From contig CAXXXF010000004.1 of assembly GCA_963667175.2 (NCBI GenBank), positions 1 to 64,000 of the forward strand: a stretch of DNA of 64,000 nucleotides, given 5' to 3'. This stretch comes from Candidatus Latescibacterota bacterium (GTDB lineage Bacteria; Latescibacterota; UBA2968; GCA-2709665). The position numbers and the translations under genes are program-made. Under the pieces are notes generated by a model that ran no database searches, was not told where the DNA came from, and worked only from the letters and a program-made list of their open reading frames with translations. Position 1 is the stretch's first letter. Each line of letters starts with the position of its first letter. Below are positions 35,999-43,506 of the stretch, one piece after another.

Positions 35999-37188
35999 CA
36001 CCGATTGCCTCCAATTTCCCCGCTTATCCATAGCTCACCAAGCCGGTAGTCTTTAAGCCATATCTCGAGCTCCGAGGCGTCAAGACGACGGAGTTGTGTC
36101 GCGCCGTCCGATTTATCGCAAACAATCACCGCTTCCGGTGTATCGGTGAGTGCATCAATGAGAATGTCGGAGTGCGTTGTGACGAAAATCTGGCTACGAG
36201 AAGACGCCTCGACCAAAAGCGACGCAACCTCCGGGATCACATCCGGATGGAGACCAGTCTCCGGCTCCTCAATGCAGACGACAGGCGGCGGATCGGGATT
36301 GCAGAGCACAGCGAGCAGGCAAAGATACTTTAGTGTGCCATCGGAAAGCCGGGTGGCCGGTACGGCATGTTGCAGGCCTTTCTCGTGGAAAGAAACCTGG
36401 ACCGTGTTACTTTGTGTTCTGCTACGCATATCCTCAATTGACGGATGAAAGGAATTTAAGCGATCCATAATCTGGCGCTTTACGGGAGGCTGGTTCAGCA
36501 GATTGTCAAGAATCAGTCCGATATTTGAAGCGTCCTCGAACAGGTTGTCCTGCGGGAGGTCGGCCTGCTGAGGAAGGCGGGATGGCGCAGACCGACCGAG
36601 GTTCCACTCCCGGTAGAAGCGCATTTGCTCGAATTGTTCGGCCAGGTAGGTCAATTCCGGAAAGGAGTCGGGATCTCGGCGCTGCGAGAGAATGGACTGG
36701 TCGGGAATAACTTCGTCTCGCGTGAGACGTCGGTCTGGTCGAGACTCCTGCGTGAAGACGTTGAGCACTGGCTGGCCATCCCGGTATCGATAGAAGATAT
36801 ATGGCTCTTCGTTCCCTGGGGTCGGTGTCTCATTCTCGATTGCCTCTTCCAGCAGTTCAAAACGTGCACCTGTTTCGGTGAATGACAGCCGATACCTGAG
36901 TGGCTGTTTGTCCGCGTAATCGACGGCTACATCCACGGCTGCCGTACCGAGTCGAGTGGCTCCCTTCCATAGCCACTCGATAACGCCTCCTCCCTTTCGA
37001 ATCGGCGCCTGAAGATCCCGACCAGGCGCGGCTGCAATTAGCGACAGCACTTCGATCAAGTTTGATTTCCCGGAAGCGTTAGGGCCGATAAGCACGTTTA
37101 ACGGCTCTAACTCAAACTCTGCGTCCCAGGAACCGTAGGATAGGATATTTTCCAGACGGATCGTTCGGATAAACCTCCTGCCATCCAT
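35995..37188 (-). CDS. ABC/SMC-like AAA ATPase (AAA_15/AAA_21 type)
   Basis: GPNASGKSN, LSDGT signature, CIEEPETGLHP, TTHS. Confidence 0.92.
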   Translation of the reverse strand: MDGRRFIRTIRLENILSYGSWDAEFELEPLNVLIGPNASGKSNLIEVLSLIAAAPGRDLQAPIRKGGGVIEWLWKGATRLGTAAVDVAVDYADKQPLRYRLSFTETGARFELLEEAIENETPTPGNEEPYIFYRYRDGQPVLNVFTQESRPDRRLTRDEVIPDQSILSQRRDPDSFPELTYLAEQFEQMRFYREWNLGRSAPSRLPQQADLPQDNLFEDASNIGLILDNLLNQPPVKRQIMDRLNSFHPSIEDMRSRTQSNTVQVSFHEKGLQHAVPATRLSDGTLKYLCLLAVLCNPDPPPVVCIEEPETGLHPDVIPEVASLLVEASSRSQIFVTTHSDILIDALTDTPEAVIVCDKSDGATQLRRLDASELEIWLKDYRLGELWISGEIGGNRW

Positions 37189-37449
37189 AGGCGACTCCCT
37201 TCAGATTTCCTACACTAACCATGACCAATCGAGTCTTTTTCCGTAATCTAGCCTTGATTCGTCATTTTTCGGGGACGTTAATTCGAATATACGCAAGTTG
37301 ATAAGGGCGATATGGCATCGGATTTCCAGGAACCTTCAGGTCACTGGATGTGAACGGAAAAAATGTGCTTCCGGACGACGTCTTCGGCCCGTTGAGGAAA
37401 CAACTGCAGGGTCACGGCGTTACGACACATGCCGTATCGCACGGATGCC

Positions 37450-37508
37450 CTTTGTGCCTTTTGTGCTTTTTGTGGCCAATTTTGCGGTTTTCTTTTTTCG
37501 AATTGAGG
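37450..37508. repeat. 9-bp-periodic repeat segment (tttgtgcct/tttgtgctt/tttgtggcc) with a second copy at about 61641-61691
   Basis: About 50 bp nearly identical between the two loci. Confidence 0.65.
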
Positions 37509-37618
37509 CTAGAATCGTCAACGTAATGGTGAATTCAAGCGTGTCTCAATGCCAATCGCTGGCGCTTCCCGGACTCGCTACAAGTAGGTCCGTTTGGCTA
37601 CCGGCCACAATCAACCCG

Positions 37619-37712
37619 TTGCCGGTCATCCATTGCCGACAAATGAGTTTGTTGGCCACTTTCTCTCGATATTGGCCAACAAATGGCGTTGTGGGACATA
37701 AGTGACCGTCAA
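37619..37712. repeat. 94-bp six-box palindromic element, copy C
   Basis: Same box order and spacer lengths (4-6-14-6-4) as copy A, with diverged spacer sequences. Confidence 0.85.
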
Positions 37713-37807
37713 GATACTTCCCTGCCTTCCGCAACATTTATGAGTTCGGGAAACGCAAGGACTGCTGCCTTGCGGCCCCTTCCTTAATTCCGTAAAAGCG
37801 CCAGGGT

Positions 37808-38092
37808 TCAGGCATCTTCCAACAGCGCCTTTGCATCCGGCATTACATCCTCAACGGATTTGCCGGTAAGCCGCAAATAAAGAGCATCCGGACACAGTTC
37901 CACGTCCTTACCCCAGGCGATGCCTCCGTTCGTCGTAATATGTACAGTTTTAAAGAACGTCCGGCTGTTCCAGGACTCGAAGACACCGCGCCCGGCGAGA
38001 TCAGACAGGTCGATTTCTCCCGCGGCGCCGTCCGAGAAGCGAAGCCAGATTCGGTAGCCGCTTCGCGGCTCGACGTCGGTTGGTCGGATCAT
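37808..38092 (-). CDS. DUF2442-family protein
   Basis: YRIWLRFSDG..GEIDL, GVF, IAW...ELCPDALY; ATG 38092 with RBS ggagg. Confidence 0.88.
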   Translation of the reverse strand: MIRPTDVEPRSGYRIWLRFSDGAAGEIDLSDLAGRGVFESWNSRTFFKTVHITTNGGIAWGKDVELCPDALYLRLTGKSVEDVMPDAKALLEDA

Positions 38093-38225
38093 GTTTCCTC
38101 CATATGGCAGGTTATTCCATATCCGTACGGATAGTATACAGATTCTTTGGAACCACAAGGCCCAGAGAGTCGCATTCCGATCGCTTCGGCACAGTCATTC
38201 ATGCATCACCTGGGAAATCCATACA

Positions 38226-38372
38226 TCAATCCAGACCATCTGCGACCGTTGCGTCAAAATCGCCCCAGTCTTCGCCGGCGGATGCCATGGCGCGGTATGT
38301 ATCCTCCCACGACGGCGGGTTCGGTTCTCTTCCATAAGAGAGAACAGCCTCTTCCCTTTCTCTGTCGGTCAC
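38226..38372 (-). CDS. 48-aa ORF resembling the acidic C-terminal half of AbrB/MazE-type antitoxins
   Basis: GTG overlaps the vapC TGA; SWEDTYRAMA..EDWGDFDATVADGLD. Confidence 0.5.
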   Translation of the reverse strand: MTDREREEAVLSYGREPNPPSWEDTYRAMASAGEDWGDFDATVADGLD

Positions 38373-38788
38373 GGTGTTTTCCATGGATTCGTGACGTCGA
38401 CGTCCAGGCCGTTGAAATCCGTGACGTTTCTCGTTGCAACGGACAGATCGTGGGCCCTGGCGGTTCCGGCGATGAGCGCATCCCCCAAATCCAGCACTCG
38501 TCCGGCGCGATGCGCCTGCGTTCGAAAGTGAGCCGCCCATTCCGCGCCCGCTCTGTCGACAGGAAGAACGCGGTCCTGGTAGTCCGTGATGATCCCCGAC
38601 AGCGCCGCGCGCAGTACGTCGCGCCGTCGTCCCTGAGGCAATCGCTGCAGACCGAACTCCAACTCATGCACCACAACCGCCGACAGCCACAGATCGTGCG
38701 GCTCAGTCAGAAATGCCAACACATTCGCGTCCGGCGCAGTCCGGGTCAGTTCAGAGACCACGTTGGTGTCCACGAGAAATCCGTTCAT
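38369..38788 (-). CDS. vapC: PIN-domain toxin
   Basis: FLVDTNVVSE, HELEFG, DALIAGTA, ATRNVTDF. Confidence 0.93.
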   Translation of the reverse strand: MNGFLVDTNVVSELTRTAPDANVLAFLTEPHDLWLSAVVVHELEFGLQRLPQGRRRDVLRAALSGIITDYQDRVLPVDRAGAEWAAHFRTQAHRAGRVLDLGDALIAGTARAHDLSVATRNVTDFNGLDVDVTNPWKTP

Positions 38789-39069
38789 TCCGCGCCGCCG
38801 TCAGCGAACGGGATCTCCCGCCGGGACGTACGATCGGAAGGAACGTCGAGATTCGTGCCGCGCGGCATGTTGTCGATCAACCACCGGCCAAGCGGCTTGC
38901 GTGGTGACGCCTGAGCCTTCCAAATATGCTCGGGCACCACAACGAAAGCCTTCCGCGCGCCGATTCGCTGCGGGCCTTCCGCCTCGGACAGACGAAGGAT
39001 TTCAGACAGCCGCGCCTTGGCCTCTGCGACAGTCCAGACCCGGACTGGTTTGGGATATTGGATGGTCAT
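38785..39069 (-). CDS. Phd/YefM-type antitoxin
   Basis: WTVAEAKARLSEILR..EGPQRI; ATGA overlap with vapC. Confidence 0.9.
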   Translation of the reverse strand: MTIQYPKPVRVWTVAEAKARLSEILRLSEAEGPQRIGARKAFVVVPEHIWKAQASPRKPLGRWLIDNMPRGTNLDVPSDRTSRREIPFADGGAE

Positions 39070-39085
39070 ATCGTCTCCTTTTGTT

Positions 39086-39126
39086 GACTAATAGTCCAAT
39101 ATAGACTATATTTGCAATTGAGTCAA
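39086..39126 (-). promoter_or_regulatory. TA promoter with overlapping palindromic operators
   Basis: Minus-strand TTGACT-N17-TATATT; palindromes GACTA-A-TAGTC (39086-39096) and TAGTC-N7-GACTA (39092-39108). Confidence 0.7.
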
Positions 39127-39228
39127 GGGGTTTACACAGGGAATCTACAAAAACAGCCGATCCAGGAACCATGCGGATCGGCAAACTTTGACGGCAACGC
39201 TGCCCTGCGCGCCAACGTCAAAATGTAA

Positions 39229-39330
39229 GGGCGCCCACAAGGGACGCCCCTTCGTCTTACCCCTACGTCGGCCACCCTCAACCCCAATCGAAGCCACCAT
39301 CCTGTGTAGGGGCGACCCTTGTGGTCGCCC
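39229..39330. repeat. Inverted pair of GTAG-type REP palindromes (REPIN-like) at the right island border
   Basis: gggcgcccacaagggacgccccttc (39229-39253) and gtaggggcgacccttgtggtcgccc (39306-39330). Confidence 0.75.
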
Positions 39331-39340
39331 GAAAGATGCG

Positions 39341-41791
39341 TCAGCATTTCATTTTTTCACTTCGGGGATCGTAAAGCGGTTCGCGCGAGACGGTGGCGCG
39401 ATGGCGATTGCCGAAGGTTTCGACGTCCACGGATGTTCCCGGCTTCGCGTACTCCTGTGGGAGGTAGCCGTACGCGATGAACTTGCCGACGGTGTACCCG
39501 TGGTTGGCGCTGGTGACGTACCCGAGTACGCGGCTGCCGTCCAGAACGGGCTCCTTCCCCATCACAACCGCGTCCGGATCGTCCAGGGTAAGGCAGCAGA
39601 GCTTCCGGTCGATTCCCATCTCGCGGATTTTCAACAGGGCATCCCGTCCCAGGAAGTCACCCTTGTCGAGCCTGACGGCCCAGCCGAGCCCGGCTTCGTA
39701 GGGGTTGTATTCCGTATGGAGTTCCGCTCCCCAGAGGCGGTATCCCTTTTCGAGCCGGAGCGCGTCGAACGCGCCGCTGCCGAGGGCAACGAGGCCGTGC
39801 CGGCGTCCGGCCTCCCAGAGCGTGTCCCAGAGCAGAAGCCCGAATTCAGCAGGCGCGTAGATCTCCCATCCCAGTTCCCCCACGTAGGAAATGCGCAGCG
39901 CGAGGGCGGGAATGGACCCGATTTGGATCCGCCTTGCTGAAAAATAGGGGAACGCCCGGTTGGTGAGATCGTCGCTGCAGACGCCTTGAAGGATCTCTCG
40001 GGCCTCGGGCCCCCACAGGCCAACGCCGCACCAGGCGGAGGTCACATCGGAAATCTGAACGGCGACCTCATCCCGGGCGTGGCGGGAAAACCATGCCAGG
40101 TCCCGCATCCCCGCGGCGGCCCCGGTGAGAACCAGGAAGCGGTCCGCGGCCAGCCGGGTGACGGTCAGATCGGCGGCGATGCCGCCCCTTGAATTGAGCA
40201 GGGCCGTATAGATCACCGTTCCGACCGGACGGTCCATCCGGTTGGCGGCGATGCGCTGGAGAAAATTCAGAGCGCCCGCGCCGGCGATTTCGATCTTCGT
40301 GAACGGCGTGATGTCGCACAGCCCCGCGCGGTTTCGGGTGGCCCGGTGTTCCATGCCCTGAACAGGAGACCAGTACCGCGCCTCCCAGCCGGTTCGCGAC
40401 GGCAGACCTTCCTCTTCGTCTAGCCGGACGTTGTTGGCTTCGAACCACTGCGGGCGTTCCCAGCCCGCCCCTTCGAAGAACACGGCATCGAGTGCTTTCA
40501 GGCGGGGATGGAACGGGCTGAGACGCAGGCCTCGCGGATGGTCCATCTGATCCAGCGGATGGATGATATCGTAGACTTCCCGGTATTGCTGCGCCCCCCG
40601 GGCTTCGACGTATTCACGGGTGTGGACGTGCGGGCCGAAGCGGTTGATATCGGCGTCCCTGAGGTCGATTTCCGGCGCGCCCGAGTCCATCCATTGCGCC
40701 ACGGCCTGCCCCACGCCGCCGCCGTGGGTGATCCATACGGCTTCGGCAACCCAGAGCCCGCGAACGTCGACGGACTCACCGAGCAGGGGCAACCCGTCCG
40801 GCGTGAAGGAGAAGAGGCCGTTGATCCTGTAGTCGAGACCGGCGTGTTTCAACGCGGGAATCAGTTCGTCGGCGGCCTCTCGCGCAACCGCGAAGTGTTC
40901 CGGCGTGAAGTCCATGATCGAGGGCGAGAGCCTGGCTTCATCCGGGCTGAGGAGGTCGTCCGGACTCACCGGGAGCGGCTCGTGTTTGTAGGAGCCGATG
41001 CCGTACCGGTCGGCCTGCTGCCGGAAATACATGGCGTAATCCTGGTGGCGCAGGATCGGGTGGACGACTTCCCGGGTTTCTCCCGCCAGTTCCGGGAGGG
41101 GCGTCGTGAGCGCGTACTGGTGCTGTACGGGCGTGAGCGGGATGGAGATTCTCGCCATGCGTCCGACGCGCGGCCCCCAGATACCCGCGCAGATCAACAC
41201 CTGGTCCGCGGCTATATAACCCCGGTCGGTGTCGATTCCGCGGACGCGGCCGTTGGACACCTCGATGCCGGTCACCGTGGTTCTTCCGTGAAACGCGGCG
41301 CCGGGTTCCGACGCGCGCGCCATGGCTTCGCAGGCTCGGACGGCTTTGGCAATGCCGTCGGAGGGAACGTAGTATGCGCCATGGATTCGGCCGGCGTCCA
41401 GAAGGGGGAGCATGGACCGGGTCTCTTCGGGCGAAGTGAGCCGGGCTTCCAGGTTCCAGGACCTGGCGGCGCCCAGTTTACGCTTCAGGTCTTCCATCCG
41501 TTCGGTCGTGTACGCGACTTCGAAACTGCCGACAGGATAGAAACAGGGCTGTCCGTCCAGGTTCAGCGAGTTGTACAGGGCAACCGTGTTCCGGGACAGA
41601 TCGGTCATTGTCTTCGAAAAGTTCGTCTGGAACACCAGCCCCGGCGCATGGGACGTCGACCCGCCGGTATCGAACAGGGGCCCCTGGTCCAGGACCACAA
41701 TGTCCTTCCAGCCCTGGCGTGTGAGATGGTAGACGGTGCTGCAGCCGACAATGCCGGCGCCGATGACAACCAGACGCGCGTGGGATTGCAT
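39341..41791 (-). CDS. GcvT-family FAD-dependent oxidoreductase (dimethylglycine/sarcosine dehydrogenase or oxidase-like)
   Basis: VVIGAGIVG, GSTSHAPG, FSFTPDG, WERPQWF, RISYVGELGWEIY, LRLEKGY; start moved to ATG 41791. Confidence 0.93.
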   Translation of the reverse strand: MQSHARLVVIGAGIVGCSTVYHLTRQGWKDIVVLDQGPLFDTGGSTSHAPGLVFQTNFSKTMTDLSRNTVALYNSLNLDGQPCFYPVGSFEVAYTTERMEDLKRKLGAARSWNLEARLTSPEETRSMLPLLDAGRIHGAYYVPSDGIAKAVRACEAMARASEPGAAFHGRTTVTGIEVSNGRVRGIDTDRGYIAADQVLICAGIWGPRVGRMARISIPLTPVQHQYALTTPLPELAGETREVVHPILRHQDYAMYFRQQADRYGIGSYKHEPLPVSPDDLLSPDEARLSPSIMDFTPEHFAVAREAADELIPALKHAGLDYRINGLFSFTPDGLPLLGESVDVRGLWVAEAVWITHGGGVGQAVAQWMDSGAPEIDLRDADINRFGPHVHTREYVEARGAQQYREVYDIIHPLDQMDHPRGLRLSPFHPRLKALDAVFFEGAGWERPQWFEANNVRLDEEEGLPSRTGWEARYWSPVQGMEHRATRNRAGLCDITPFTKIEIAGAGALNFLQRIAANRMDRPVGTVIYTALLNSRGGIAADLTVTRLAADRFLVLTGAAAGMRDLAWFSRHARDEVAVQISDVTSAWCGVGLWGPEAREILQGVCSDDLTNRAFPYFSARRIQIGSIPALALRISYVGELGWEIYAPAEFGLLLWDTLWEAGRRHGLVALGSGAFDALRLEKGYRLWGAELHTEYNPYEAGLGWAVRLDKGDFLGRDALLKIREMGIDRKLCCLTLDDPDAVVMGKEPVLDGSRVLGYVTSANHGYTVGKFIAYGYLPQEYAKPGTSVDVETFGNRHRATVSREPLYDPRSEKMKC

Positions 41792-42021
41792 AGAGATCCC
41801 TCCGATCAGGCGGGAGAACGGCAGGGTCCGCGGCGCAGAGCGGACGGGACGGCCCCGACTTTCAATAAATCGCTTGACATTGATATTTCCGTTGCCTTTT
41901 TTAGTATCCTGTCCGATACCTGATTGAGGGTTGCGAAAACGCGTTGCAGGCGTTTCGGTTACCGGAGGGTTGCGGTTCACCGGAACATCTCAGCGAATCA
42001 CACGAAAGAGGGAGGTCTGCT

Positions 42022-42657
42022 ATGCCATTGCGATTGGGGGACGACGCACCCGATTTTACCGCCGAGACAACCGAAGGTACGGTCCGATTTCACGAATGGC
42101 TGGGAGACAGCTGGGGCGTCCTGTTCTCCCATCCCGCCGATTTCACGCCGGTCTGCACCACCGAACTGGGCGTGGTCGCCAAGCTGAAGGCGGAGTTTGC
42201 CAAGCGCGACGTCAAGGTAATCGGCGTGAGCGTGGACCCGCTGGATGACCATAGGGGCTGGGTCAGCGATATCAACGAGACCCAGAACACCACCGTTAAC
42301 TTCCCGTTGATTGCCGACCCGGACAAGACGGTGGCCAGCATGTACGATATGATTCACCCGAACGAAGACGACAAGGCCACGGTACGGTCCGTATTTGTCA
42401 TCGGCCCGGACAAGAAGGTCAAGCTGACGTTGACCTATCCCGCGTCTACCGGCCGGAACTTCGCCGAGATCCTGCGGGTGATCGACTCGCTGCAACTCAC
42501 GGCCTACCACCAGGTGGCAACGCCCGTCAACTGGGAGGACGGCGAAGACTGCATCATCGTTCCCGCGGTGACCGACGAAGAGGCAGTCGAAAAATTCCCC
42601 AAAGGATTCACAACCGTCAAGCCGTACTTGAGGTATACCCCGCAGCCGAACAAGTAG
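42022..42657 (+). CDS. 1-Cys peroxiredoxin (Prx6 type)
   Basis: FSHPADFTPVCTTE, YPASTGRNF; RBS ggagg. Confidence 0.96.
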   Translation: MPLRLGDDAPDFTAETTEGTVRFHEWLGDSWGVLFSHPADFTPVCTTELGVVAKLKAEFAKRDVKVIGVSVDPLDDHRGWVSDINETQNTTVNFPLIADPDKTVASMYDMIHPNEDDKATVRSVFVIGPDKKVKLTLTYPASTGRNFAEILRVIDSLQLTAYHQVATPVNWEDGEDCIIVPAVTDEEAVEKFPKGFTTVKPYLRYTPQPNK

Positions 42658-42680
42658 CCGGCATCTGAATCGGTACCCTT

Positions 42681-42728
42681 CAGCCTGCGATGCGCCTCCC
42701 CTGGAGATGCGTTCCAGGCTGTTTTTTT
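42681..42728 (+). terminator. Hairpin terminator between the convergent prx and HAD genes
   Basis: cagcctg...ctcc/ggag...caggctg followed by a T run. Confidence 0.6.
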
Positions 42729-43458
42729 ATACGACGATTGCGGCAATTTCCCGCAGGCTGGAAATCTCGTGGTCCGGTTCCGGAACGTTCGGCTTGAGTG
42801 CTTCACCGTTACGGTTCAGCCAGGCAACCCGGATGCCGACCCGCCGCGCGCCGACGACGTCGTCGTCCTGGGAATCGCCCACGTAGAGGGTTTCCTCCGG
42901 GCGGCTGCCGATCAGGCGCAGGGCTTCGTGGAAGATGTCAGGCGCGGGTTTGTAGGCGCGTGCGGATTCGGAACTGACGACCACGGGAAACGCCAGGTTG
43001 TTTTTCCCGAGCGCACGGGTCAAGTGACCGTGGTCGGCATTGGAGACCACGCCTGTACGGAACGACTCAAGACCGGCCAGCGCGGGCTTGACGTCATCGA
43101 AGACGGGCACCTCGGCAAATGCCGCGAAAAGGTCGTCGGTGTAGTGTTCGAAAGAAACGCGTCTGCCGACGTTTTCGAGCGTCTGTTCAAGGCTGATGAG
43201 ATGGGCTTGCCGCATCGTAAAAAATGTCTCGCCCTCGAGAAGCGGAAAAAACGACCGGTCCCAGGTCTCGAAGAAATCCCGCCCGGACAAATCGAGGTCC
43301 TGTTCACGGACGATGCGGTCGCACAGGGAATGGAGTTCCTCCATGGCGCCCGCCAGAAGGGTCTCGTAAGCGTCGAAGAGTATCGTGGTGACGGGCGATG
43401 TCAAAATCGGGGTCCTTCCCGGCGGCTGCGGCTGATCGCGCGCGGACATCCATTCCAT
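42727..43458 (-). CDS. HAD-superfamily hydrolase
   Basis: ILFDAYETL, VSNAD, YKP, YVGDSQDDDV; true start may lie further downstream. Confidence 0.88.
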   Translation of the reverse strand: MEWMSARDQPQPPGRTPILTSPVTTILFDAYETLLAGAMEELHSLCDRIVREQDLDLSGRDFFETWDRSFFPLLEGETFFTMRQAHLISLEQTLENVGRRVSFEHYTDDLFAAFAEVPVFDDVKPALAGLESFRTGVVSNADHGHLTRALGKNNLAFPVVVSSESARAYKPAPDIFHEALRLIGSRPEETLYVGDSQDDDVVGARRVGIRVAWLNRNGEALKPNVPEPDHEISSLREIAAIVV

Positions 43459-43506
43459 GCGCGCTGCCGAGCCTGGCGACTTATGTCGGAACGTGAGGGG
43501 GCGCGA

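Noticed and set aside
35176-37712. CRISPR array or integron attC sites
   Set aside because: No regular repeat-spacer periodicity or cas genes; no RYYYAAC...GTTRRRY ends or intI.
41792-42021. Glycine riboswitch upstream of the GcvT-family gene
   Set aside because: No recognisable tandem aptamer; the region looks like a plain divergent promoter.
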